From: Acaryochloris thomasi RCC1774
GTDB taxonomy: Bacteria > Cyanobacteriota > Cyanobacteriia > Thermosynechococcales > Thermosynechococcaceae
DNA length: 32,000 nucleotides
Direction: 5' to 3'
NCBI RefSeq assembly: GCF_003231495.1
Contig: NZ_PQWO01000005.1
Coordinates: 321,400-353,399, forward strand
A program made the translations under genes and the position numbers. The notes under the pieces were generated by a model. That model was given only the letters and a program-made list of their open reading frames with translations, was not told where the DNA came from and ran no database searches. Shown one piece after another: positions 18,030-26,429 of the stretch (position 1 is the first letter of the stretch; each line of letters begins with the position of its first letter).

Positions 18030-18869
18030 ATGACCGCAACTCTTTCTGAAAATATTCGCCAGTTCTATGATGCCTCCTCACTGCTCTGGGAAGGCGTATG
18101 GGGCGAGCATATGCATCATGGGTTTTATGGCTTGGAGGGGAAGCGAACGACGGAACGTCGCCAAGCGCAGATCGATCTGATTGAGGAGCTGCTGCAGTGG
18201 GGACAGGTCCAAGAAGCCCAGCAAATTTTAGATGTAGGCTGTGGGATTGGGGGCAGTACGCTCTATCTCGCTGAGAAATTTCAGGCGAGTGTGACGGGAA
18301 TTACTCTCAGTCCTGTGCAGGCTGGACGTGCGACTGAACGGGCGGAAGAAGCTAATCTTCCGGCAACGTTCAAAGTGGCGGATGCCCTTCACATGCCTTT
18401 TGACGATGAGTCTTTTGATCTGGTCTGGACGCTAGAGAGTGGTGAGCACATGCCAGAGAAACCCAAGTTTTTGCAGGAATGTTACCGGGTTCTGAAGCCG
18501 GGTGGAACGCTGCTGATGGCGACTTGGTGCCACCGTTCGATTGAGGCGAAGCCTCTTGAGCCTCAAGAGCAGGCTTTATTGAACAAAATTTATAAGGTCT
18601 ATCACCTGCCCTATATTGTTTCGCTGCCGGAATACGCTGCGATCGCAACTCAACTCCCGCTCAAAAACGTTCGCACCACCGACTGGTCTGATGCTGTGGC
18701 TCCCTTTTGGGGTGAAGTGATCCGCTCTTCTTTAAATCCCAAAGTGATCTGGGGCATCCTCAAGGCGGGTTGGGGAACGCTGCAGGGGGCGCTCGCCATG
18801 CGCTATATGTCCCAGGGCTACCGGCGGGGCATCGTCCGGTTTGGCCTGCTGTGCGGCACTAAAGAATGA
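18030..18869 (+). CDS. Gamma-tocopherol methyltransferase-like SAM-dependent methyltransferase (VTE4 / slr0089-like)
   Basis: IRQFYD..WGEHMHHGFY N-terminus and the SAM motif ILDVGCGIGGSTLYLA, typical of gamma-TMT. It overlaps the next gene by ATGA. Confidence 0.85.
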   Translation: MTATLSENIRQFYDASSLLWEGVWGEHMHHGFYGLEGKRTTERRQAQIDLIEELLQWGQVQEAQQILDVGCGIGGSTLYLAEKFQASVTGITLSPVQAGRATERAEEANLPATFKVADALHMPFDDESFDLVWTLESGEHMPEKPKFLQECYRVLKPGGTLLMATWCHRSIEAKPLEPQEQALLNKIYKVYHLPYIVSLPEYAAIATQLPLKNVRTTDWSDAVAPFWGEVIRSSLNPKVIWGILKAGWGTLQGALAMRYMSQGYRRGIVRFGLLCGTKE

Positions 18870-19801
18870 AGCAGATGCGTCAGTGGCTGGCTGCTCTTTG
18901 GAAGTTTTCGCGGCCTCACACCATTATTGGAACCTCTCTGAGCGTTTGGGGACTCGCGCTCATTACCCTATCCGTGTTGTCTCTCTCTCAAGGGTTTTTA
19001 GAGACTCTAGGGCAATGGCTACCGCTAATTATTGGAGCCTGGATTCCTTGCCTATGTGGCAATGTATACATCGTTGGCCTGAACCAGCTCACGGATGTCG
19101 GCATTGATCGGATCAATAAGCCCAATCTACCGCTCGCTTCTGGTGCGTTTTCCCAGCGTGAGGGGGTTGGCATTGTCTCTATCGCGGGCCTGCTGGCGCT
19201 GCTGCTTGCCGGTTTCCAGGGACCGTACTTGTTGGGAATGGTCGCTGCTAGTTTAGCGATTGGGACAGCCTACTCACTGCCGCCTATTCGTCTCAAGCGG
19301 TTTGCCTTTTGGGCTGCTCTCTGCATTTTTGGGGTGCGGGGTGTGATCGTGAATCTGGGCCTGTTTTGGCATTTTCATCAGCGCTGGACCGGGGAGGCCG
19401 GTGTGGTGCCACCGCAGGTGTGGATGCTGACGGCGTTTATTGTTGTATATACCTTTGCGATCGCAATTTTTAAAGATATCCCTGACTTAGAAGGCGATCT
19501 CAAGTTTCGCATTCGTACCCTCACCGTCCGTCTGGGCAGTCAGACCGTTTTCAAGCTTGCCCTAGCTACCATCATCTTTTGCTACAGCGGCATGATTATC
19601 GCCGCCAGCTTGATACTTTCTCTCTATCCCGCACTTTTAATTGGCGTCTCCCACATAGGGCTGCTGCTCATCCTATGGCGATCCAGCAAGAACGTAAATT
19701 TGCGAGAGCAAAACACAGTCCGTCAGTTTTATCAGCTGATCTGGAAGCTTTTTTTTGCCGAATATATCTTGTTCCCCCTAGCCTGCTTCTGGGGAGGATA
19801 A
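18866..19801 (+). CDS. Homogentisate phytyltransferase (UbiA family; VTE2 / slr1736-like)
   Basis: UbiA motifs NQLTDVGIDRINKPNLPLASG and KDIPDLEGD. Polytopic membrane protein, 311 aa. Confidence 0.85.
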   Translation: MKQMRQWLAALWKFSRPHTIIGTSLSVWGLALITLSVLSLSQGFLETLGQWLPLIIGAWIPCLCGNVYIVGLNQLTDVGIDRINKPNLPLASGAFSQREGVGIVSIAGLLALLLAGFQGPYLLGMVAASLAIGTAYSLPPIRLKRFAFWAALCIFGVRGVIVNLGLFWHFHQRWTGEAGVVPPQVWMLTAFIVVYTFAIAIFKDIPDLEGDLKFRIRTLTVRLGSQTVFKLALATIIFCYSGMIIAASLILSLYPALLIGVSHIGLLLILWRSSKNVNLREQNTVRQFYQLIWKLFFAEYILFPLACFWGG

Positions 19802-19838
19802 AATAGAGCTACCCAGGTGAAAAAATGGAGAGGCCCCC

Positions 19839-20429
19839 ATGACTGTCGCCACGCAGAAACGCATGAGCCTTGAGGAGTATCTGCTCTATGACGACGGCAC
19901 CAATACTCGCTACGAGTTAGTGGATGGAATGTTAGCCGAAATGGGTGCTGAAAATCCGTTCAATGTAAAAATTGCTGTCTTCCTGCTGGCCTACTTCCTT
20001 CAAGAAATGGACTTTCCCTATTCTCGTTTAGCCATCGGGCATCAGATTGGCGTGAGTTCGACGAAGGCCACTGCACGGCAGCCGGATTTGATTGTCCATA
20101 GCGATCAGTCGGATGCAGCAATTGTGGCGGATGGAAAACTCCTTAGAGCCGGATCGCCTCCCTCCTTGCTAGTGGTGGAGGTGGTTTCTAATAGCAAGGA
20201 AGACAAGCGATCGCACGATCGAGATTATCTTGAAAAGCCCGTTGAATATGCGGAGATCGGCATTCTTGAGTACTGGATTATTGACCCCGATCTAGCGCTG
20301 GTCAAGGTGGGCAATTTGATAGATGGTGCGTATCAGTTTCAAGGTTTCACTGGGAATAACAAGATTGCTTCTCTAACATTCTCAGAACTGAGTCTAACGG
20401 CGGCAAAAGTTCTGAACGCGGGGAATTGA
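19839..20429 (+). CDS. Uma2 (DUF820) family restriction-endonuclease-fold protein
   Basis: Typical Uma2 N-terminus (MSLEEYL..YELVDG) and a PD-(D/E)xK-like core (PDLIV .. VVEVVS). Confidence 0.8.
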   Translation: MTVATQKRMSLEEYLLYDDGTNTRYELVDGMLAEMGAENPFNVKIAVFLLAYFLQEMDFPYSRLAIGHQIGVSSTKATARQPDLIVHSDQSDAAIVADGKLLRAGSPPSLLVVEVVSNSKEDKRSHDRDYLEKPVEYAEIGILEYWIIDPDLALVKVGNLIDGAYQFQGFTGNNKIASLTFSELSLTAAKVLNAGN

Positions 20430-20430
20430 C

Positions 20431-22080
20431 TTACCGTAGTCCCTTCTTGCCGCGCTTGCCGTTAGGCATTACCGTTAGCCAGTTCACCTGAGCAAAGGCA
20501 AGCTGAGACACAGACACGGAAGCCCCCGTCAAGTTTGCCCCGCAAAGATTGGCCCCGCGCAAATTGGCATTGGTGAGGTGGGCATCAATGAGGTTGGCGC
20601 CTCGCAGATCAGCCCCCTCTAAATCGGCATAGCTGAGGTAGGCTTCGCTCAGGTTGGCATCTGTAAACTTGGCATTGGTCAAAGTTGCTCGCCCAAAATT
20701 GGCCTTGTGCAGCTCAGTACCCTTAAAATTAACTCCCTGCAGCTTTGCCTCATGGAAATTAATTTCCGGGAGGATGGCTTTACGTAGATCAAGATCTCTT
20801 AAATCACGGCCGCTAAAATCTCGACTCCCCCGACTGTAGGCATGCAGCAGTCCCTTCGGCGTAACCTTTGCCTGCTTCGAGCGAGCAGCGGTAACCTCTG
20901 AACGAGGTTGGCCCGCAGTGAACGAACCCGCGCGATTGTGTCCACGGGATAGCGATCCGACAGACTCATCTAGCGGATCGCCCAAGCGCTGGTTCTGGGC
21001 ACGAATTCGAGATGCAATCCGAGAGGTAGGAGACGACTTCTGTCTTCTGGCAGCCGCACTCTCTTGACGAGAGCTGATCTGCGATCGAGGCGTCGTCAAC
21101 GGTGGGGGTGTTCTTTGGAGGCCAGAAGAGGGGGTTGAAGGTGCCGTTTGATAGGGGGCAAGTGGCGAGTGTGTCGGCTGATTTAGCTGCTCCAACGCCT
21201 GTAGGACGTGCTTGGCTGATTGATAGCGATCACGTAGAGAGGTTGCCATCATTGTGGTTAAGACTTTCTCAAATGCAGGACTGATGTTTACCAGGTTCTG
21301 CCAGTCTAGTTCTCCCGTTGTCGGGTTATAGTTCAAATCTTTGGGTGACTTGCCCGTGAGCAGATAGAGACAGGTGACGCCCAAACTATAGATATCGCTG
21401 GCGTAGACGGGGCGCATTGCCATCTGCTCTGGCGGAGCAAAGCCAGGAGTGCCCACCGCAAAGGTAGTAAACGCCTCATCTGGATCACTTCCCAGCATCG
21501 CAGTTTGGCTCACTTGGTCCTTCACCGCTCCAAAATCAATCAAAACATACTTGCTGTCGAGGGAGCGCTGAATGACGTTGGCGGGCTTCACGTCTCGATG
21601 AATGACCTGTTGCTGGTGTAGGTAATCTAAGAGGGGCAATACCTCAAGCAACACCTGCTTTGCCCGAGCTTCATCGAAGGCACCCGATCGCCGCACATCT
21701 TGCTGCAGTGTCGCACCACTCACGTACTCCTGCACGAGATAGAAGTCATTCTTGAGTTCAAAGTAGTCCAGCAGGCGAGGAAGTTGGGGGTGATTGCCAA
21801 TTTTTCCGAGGGTGGCAGCTTCTCGCTGAAACAGTTCCCGCGACATTTCTAAAATATGCTCAGCCGTCAACACAGGTCTGAGCTGCTTGATCACGCAGGT
21901 CGGCTCCCCTGGCAGACTTTCATCGATGGCTAGAAACGTGGTCGCAAATCCCCCTCTGCCTAGAATGCGGCTTGATCGGTAGCGATCTCGCAGCAGTAAC
22001 TGAGAGCCACAAGCCTGACAGTCTACATTCTCGTTGGGATTGTTGGGATTAGTACAGGCCGGATTCAAGCAGTAGCTCAT
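20431..22080 (-). CDS. Ser/Thr protein kinase with N-terminal 4-Cys motif and C-terminal pentapeptide repeats (SpkB-like architecture)
   Basis: N-terminus CLNPAC..CQAC. Hanks kinase motifs (GRGGFATT, VIKQL, HRDVKPANV, DFG, GTPGFAPPE). A Ser/Pro/Arg-rich linker, then A(D/N)LxX repeats at the C-terminus. Confidence 0.9.
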   Translation of the reverse strand: MSYCLNPACTNPNNPNENVDCQACGSQLLLRDRYRSSRILGRGGFATTFLAIDESLPGEPTCVIKQLRPVLTAEHILEMSRELFQREAATLGKIGNHPQLPRLLDYFELKNDFYLVQEYVSGATLQQDVRRSGAFDEARAKQVLLEVLPLLDYLHQQQVIHRDVKPANVIQRSLDSKYVLIDFGAVKDQVSQTAMLGSDPDEAFTTFAVGTPGFAPPEQMAMRPVYASDIYSLGVTCLYLLTGKSPKDLNYNPTTGELDWQNLVNISPAFEKVLTTMMATSLRDRYQSAKHVLQALEQLNQPTHSPLAPYQTAPSTPSSGLQRTPPPLTTPRSQISSRQESAAARRQKSSPTSRIASRIRAQNQRLGDPLDESVGSLSRGHNRAGSFTAGQPRSEVTAARSKQAKVTPKGLLHAYSRGSRDFSGRDLRDLDLRKAILPEINFHEAKLQGVNFKGTELHKANFGRATLTNAKFTDANLSEAYLSYADLEGADLRGANLIDAHLTNANLRGANLCGANLTGASVSVSQLAFAQVNWLTVMPNGKRGKKGLR

Positions 22081-22419
22081 TCAAAATATCTCGCGGGGTC
22101 AATCAAAAATTACAGGGAGCTGCTTCCTACTCTTTATTCTTCCCTGTTTTTACTGGATCACAAGCATGCTTACTAGATTTCGTTGAGACTAGCCTTGCTA
22201 TTGTGCTCACTTTATCCATTGCAAATGGGTGTATAGCGCCGTGAAAGGGTGGCCGACTACGTTGCGCAATGAGCTGCAAGGCTTCTATTTCAATTGTAGT
22301 CAGAGATTCCTTCGTTTCTAAATTGAACGTCTAAAAACGGGGACACACGTTAACCTCACTCTCTTCGGTGTCAATACTAAGGTCAAGAGCAGACTTGCCT
22401 TATCCTCCTTAGGAGCGCT

Positions 22420-22902
22420 ATGAAAATCATTCAAAAAACATCCGATACTTTAGTTTTACAGGAAAAACTGCTGGGAATCTGGATTTTGGGGTTAGGGACT
22501 GCGGCAACGGGTTTTTTTATCGTTATGTCTTTTGAGTCTCCTGTTGATTTGTTTGGCGGAGTTTGTATTGCGATCGCAGCTCTAGTGGCCACGCTCAGCC
22601 CCACTGAAACCTGTATCTTTGATAAAACAACTCGCCTGATTACACTGCGACGACAGCGATGGTTTAGTCACCGCATTCAGCAGCAAAATATCGCCCAGAT
22701 TGCTGACGTAATGGTGGAGCCGTATACGGTGATGGGAACTCAGTTTTTTCGAGTCAGTCTCGTGTTGTCCTCAGGCCAGACGATTGCATTGACCCGCTCA
22801 GCTAGCACTGACAGAGCTGCCCAGCAGCACCTTGCCCAGCATATCCAACACTTTTTAAGCCTCAAGCAAAATTCTCTCTCCGCTGCCGTTGCGACGCGGT
22901 AG
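22420..22902 (+). CDS. Hypothetical membrane protein (two predicted TM helices)
   Basis: ATG start preceded by TAGGAG. There are two hydrophobic segments, then a soluble tail. I recognise no motif. Confidence 0.55.
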   Translation: MKIIQKTSDTLVLQEKLLGIWILGLGTAATGFFIVMSFESPVDLFGGVCIAIAALVATLSPTETCIFDKTTRLITLRRQRWFSHRIQQQNIAQIADVMVEPYTVMGTQFFRVSLVLSSGQTIALTRSASTDRAAQQHLAQHIQHFLSLKQNSLSAAVATR

Positions 22903-22936
22903 AAAAATTGCAAACAGCTCAATGGTTACTACTAAA

Positions 22937-23008
22937 CTCCCCAGGTAGGATTCGAACCTACGACCAATCGATTAACAGTCGACCGCTCTACCACTGAGCT
23001 ACTGAGGA
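22937..23008 (-). tRNA. tRNA-Asn (anticodon GTT)
   Basis: I folded it by hand. Acceptor TCCTCAG/CTGGGGA, D-arm GCTC-AGTGGTA-GAGC, anticodon arm GTCGA-CTGTTAA-TCGAT, 5-nt variable loop, T-arm GTAGG-TTCGAAT-CCTAC, discriminator G. 72 nt; CCA is not encoded. Confidence 0.95.
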
Positions 23009-23132
23009 TAGCGAATCTTATCCTAACGATAACTAGCACCCTTTGGCAAGATATTAGGGCCATCAAAGGCAAAAAACTTTAGTGTCCTTCGCTCATTTTG
23101 GGGACGAAGCCGCTTCCTGTGACGCTCTCAGC

Positions 23133-24515
23133 CTAAAAGTCAGATGGCTCGACGGGCTGTGATTGGCTTGACGACAGCCAGCTCTTACCCACGCGAATGG
23201 TCAGATCTGAGCGCAGATCTCCGGTGGAGTTGACGGCCAGCTCACTTTCTTCTACTAAAGGCTGCACATACTTAGCCGCCTCCAAGTCGCCCCACTGGGG
23301 GATAACCTGCGTCGTTTTTAAAACCTGTGGCCATTCATCCGCAAGATACACGCGGTAGAATCCCTGCTCATTTAGGTATTCAAGCATTTTAGCGCCGCCC
23401 TCAGGGTCGCCCGATGCATTTTGAATGGAGATCTTTACGCTGTCCACAAAGGATCGCTCGATTTCATCCGCTTGGTAAGCATCTGGATCGGGCAGGATAT
23501 CGAAATAGGACTCCATAATCCGATTTCGACCGTTGTTGCTCATAATCCAGTAGCTGTATTCGTACTCCTCTGGCTGGCTGAAGCGACCAGGAAGCAGGAC
23601 CATTTTGAGTTGTTCTGGCTTGAGCTGTAGTCCAAACTGCATCAGCGCTAGCATCTCTCCTACGCTCAGGTTCGTATCTACATTCTTTTTCACTACCTCA
23701 AGCAGTTGGGGCAGTTTTGTCAAAGTAACGGGGTTGGCTAATTGCTTCTGCAGCGCTTTGACTAAGACCTGCTGTCGCTGAGCGCGTCCAATATCACCTA
23801 AATTATCGTTGCGAAAGCGCGTGAAGCCTTCGGCTTGATCGCCATCTAAGGTTTGCAGCCCTGGCTCTAAGTCAATGCTCAATCCCTGGGTCTTGTCTTC
23901 ATAGACCATGCGGTGAGGCACAAATACTTCCACGCCGCCCACGACATCGACGAGTTCTCGAAAAGCGCCCGTACTCACCCGCACGTGCCGATCGATCGTG
24001 ACCTCATTGAGGGTCTCACTTACCACTTCGCTTGCGAGTTCGGCACCGCCATAGTAATTAGCGGCATTAATTTTATCAATGCCCACATCGGGAATTCTGA
24101 CGCGGGTATCGCGGGGAATGGACAGCAGGCTCACGCTCTTGGCTTTGGGGTCGATGCGGGCAAGCAGCATGGTGTCGCTGCGGCTTTTGAAGGGATCAAG
24201 GGAGCCGTCTTCTTCTTCGTCTTCAAGATTGAGATCAACGCCCATGACCAGGACATTGACGGGGCGCGATAGGCCATATTGCAGACCAGACCGGAATAAA
24301 TCGGCAATGGGGACGGCGCCATCGTTAGATAAGCCTGGAATAAATCGGAGGGGCGTGACTAATGCAATAGTGGCTCCAATACCGGCGGACAGGCTGGTGA
24401 CAAAGGTAAAGGTTAGACCCCAGGTGAGTAGCCGCATGGTTGTGCCCATGCGAGCGGGTGCTGCGCCCTGTGGTCGTGGCTTTCTCTGGCCCGAACTGGA
24501 TGAATTAGACCCCAT
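23133..24515 (-). CDS. LytR-CpsA-Psr (LCP) family protein, single N-terminal TM
   Basis: LCP core NVLVMGVDL..SRSDTMLLARIDP..SIPRDT. I prefer the start at ATG 24515, which is preceded by AAGGAG. The ORF track extends to a TTG at 24623. Confidence 0.82.
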   Translation of the reverse strand: MGSNSSSSGQRKPRPQGAAPARMGTTMRLLTWGLTFTFVTSLSAGIGATIALVTPLRFIPGLSNDGAVPIADLFRSGLQYGLSRPVNVLVMGVDLNLEDEEEDGSLDPFKSRSDTMLLARIDPKAKSVSLLSIPRDTRVRIPDVGIDKINAANYYGGAELASEVVSETLNEVTIDRHVRVSTGAFRELVDVVGGVEVFVPHRMVYEDKTQGLSIDLEPGLQTLDGDQAEGFTRFRNDNLGDIGRAQRQQVLVKALQKQLANPVTLTKLPQLLEVVKKNVDTNLSVGEMLALMQFGLQLKPEQLKMVLLPGRFSQPEEYEYSYWIMSNNGRNRIMESYFDILPDPDAYQADEIERSFVDSVKISIQNASGDPEGGAKMLEYLNEQGFYRVYLADEWPQVLKTTQVIPQWGDLEAAKYVQPLVEESELAVNSTGDLRSDLTIRVGKSWLSSSQSQPVEPSDF

Positions 24516-24686
24516 CGCTGTGATGACTCCTTGACCGCCGTTGATCGTTGGGGCGGTGCCTATTGTGGTGACGTGACTGAATACTTCCAGTTCCCTGGAA
24601 GATGACGGTATGATCCTACACAATTAAGTCAATACGACAAGTAAGTCGTTAGATTCCGAAACGCAATCTATACAGGACGTAGATAC

Positions 24687-25634
24687 ATGCAAGCTGTCAT
24701 CATTGCTGGTGGAAAAGGGACTCGACTGCAGCCGCTCACCTTTGGCTCCCCGAAACCGATGCTGCCTATTTTGGACCGCCCCTTCCTCAGCTGGATGGTG
24801 GAGCGCTGTCAGCAGGCGGGCATTACGGATATCCTGATGAATATTCGCTATCAGGCAGAGCAAATTCAGGACTATTTCGGAGATGGTGAAGCCTTTGGGG
24901 TCAAAATTCGCTATGTGATTGAGGAAACAGCCTTGGATACGGCGGGGGCGATGAAGCTGGCAGAGCCTCACTATACTGGGGATTCCCTGATTGTCTTTAA
25001 CGCGGATATTCTGACAGATTTAGATTTAGGGGCGTTGATTGAGGCCCATAAGCAAACGCAGGCCAAGGCAACGATCACGCTCACGCGGGTCGAAGATCCC
25101 ACGGCATTTGGTCTGGTGGAGCTATCTGAGGATGGCTCGGTGGTTGCGTTTCGAGAAAAGCCAACGGCGGAGGAAGCGGCCCAGCTCGGAATCGATACGG
25201 TGAATGCGGGCACCTATATTCTGGAGCCGGAAATTTTTTCCCAGTATCCTGATAACCAACCGTTGAGCTTTGAGCGAACGGTATTCCCTGATTTGCTGAC
25301 GCAGCAGCAGCGGGTGACGGGCTTTACCTGGGACGGCTATTGGATGGATTTAGGGACGCCTGCAAAGTACGTGCAGGGGCAAATTGATATGCTGACGGGC
25401 AAGATGCCCTATGCTTTGTCTGAGTTTGCCACCGAACAGTCCCCTAATGTCTGGGTGGCAAATTCAGCGACGGTGGATCCTGAGGTGAAGCTAACGGGGC
25501 CTTGTTTGATTTGCGATCGCACCCGCCTCGGCCCCAATACCGTTATCCCTGCGAATACTGTCGTGGGTGCATATTCTCTTATTGACCGCACGCTCTCGGC
25601 GGGATTCTATGCGCCAGGAACATTAGCGATATAG
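24687..25634 (+). CDS. NDP-sugar pyrophosphorylase (mannose-1-phosphate guanylyltransferase-like nucleotidyltransferase with C-terminal left-handed beta-helix)
   Basis: N-terminal AVIIAGGKGTRLQPLT (GGxGTRL) and PKPMLPI. C-terminal hexapeptide-repeat-like tail. Confidence 0.88.
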   Translation: MQAVIIAGGKGTRLQPLTFGSPKPMLPILDRPFLSWMVERCQQAGITDILMNIRYQAEQIQDYFGDGEAFGVKIRYVIEETALDTAGAMKLAEPHYTGDSLIVFNADILTDLDLGALIEAHKQTQAKATITLTRVEDPTAFGLVELSEDGSVVAFREKPTAEEAAQLGIDTVNAGTYILEPEIFSQYPDNQPLSFERTVFPDLLTQQQRVTGFTWDGYWMDLGTPAKYVQGQIDMLTGKMPYALSEFATEQSPNVWVANSATVDPEVKLTGPCLICDRTRLGPNTVIPANTVVGAYSLIDRTLSAGFYAPGTLAI

Positions 25635-25687
25635 TGGCGATTGAGTCACGAACCCAACGGAGAGCGAGCCAAGGAAGCAAAATCAGT

Positions 25688-26098
25688 TCACCACTTCAAT
25701 CTCAACTCCAATTGGATTCCTATTGAATAAAATTTAAATCCTGACTCTGGGGTGCCCGGGTCGCAACTTTCTGTGGAAAAGTGCTCTGCTTTTGAAAATT
25801 GGCTTGAATTGAGAAGATTCAGTAATTCTCCCCGCACTAACAACCCAAAGTAAAAATCACGCTTTCCCGGAGACATTCTAATACCAAGGAAAGCGGGTCT
25901 ATAGTGACAAGATGCTGGAATATGAACGCAATCTAAGGTTTTGGGGATGTGCTGACGTGAGATCAGGGATAATGGCCCTTTCTCCAAAATATTGAAAATT
26001 AAACTGAGCTGGCGGATATTGATTTCCGATTGTAAATGGTAAGCGATAAAGTATGGGATATTCTCTCGCCCAAAATCATCAACGCCATCATTAAACAA
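25688..26098 (-). CDS. Doubtful hypothetical ORF (136 aa, TTG start) in an AT-rich gap
   Basis: ORF track only. It has a non-ATG start, no obvious SD and no recognisable motif. It may be a gene remnant or noise. Confidence 0.2.
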   Translation of the reverse strand: MFNDGVDDFGRENIPYFIAYHLQSEINIRQLSLIFNILEKGPLSLISRQHIPKTLDCVHIPASCHYRPAFLGIRMSPGKRDFYFGLLVRGELLNLLNSSQFSKAEHFSTESCDPGTPESGFKFYSIGIQLELRLKW

Positions 26099-26234
26099 TC
26101 ATCCAAATAAAGTAGAATGACTATCTTTCTGATTTAAGTAGACTGATTTTCGTTCAGGATCAGGAGGTTCGCAACTGTTCCAATACTGATGGATAATGGA
26201 ACTCATAAAAAACTGACGTGTTCCTGCAGATGTC

Positions 26235-26264
26235 TGTTGAATTTTAAACAACTGAAATTCAACA
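26235..26264. repeat. Perfect 10-bp inverted repeat TGTTGAATTT-N10-AAATTCAACA
   Basis: Read directly. It lies about 170 nt downstream of the CheA-like stop on the minus strand. No U-tract follows. Confidence 0.7.
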
Positions 26265-26429
26265 CCGCCGAAGCTAGTAAAGATGATTTGGTTGAGCTTT
26301 AAAAACGTATTTCAACTAATAAAGTGACTCACCAATCTCAGTCAAAAAATTTTAAATAGGTCACAGGATTTAGTGCAAAAAAAATAGGAGACTGACTGAT
26401 AAGTTCCAAGCGATATAAGAAATTGGGGC

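Noticed and set aside
20440-20830. 15-nt periodicity in the DNA that might suggest a tandem repeat or CRISPR-like array
   Set aside because: It is the coding sequence of pentapeptide repeats (A(D/N)LxX) at the kinase C-terminus. The units are degenerate at the DNA level and there are no spacers.
24624-24971. 115-aa minus-strand ORF overlapping the 5' end of the NDP-sugar pyrophosphorylase gene
   Set aside because: It is antisense to a strongly supported CDS (GGxGTRL motif region) and has no motifs of its own.
26090-26140. Out-of-frame peptide IRKIVILLYLDDCLMM on the minus strand, resembling a reverse-transcriptase YxDD box
   Set aside because: It is a single short motif in an AT-rich region. 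No other RT blocks are found in any frame nearby, and the frame terminates within ~30 codons. It is insufficient to call an RT remnant, and I mention it only as a target for a frameshift-tolerant search.
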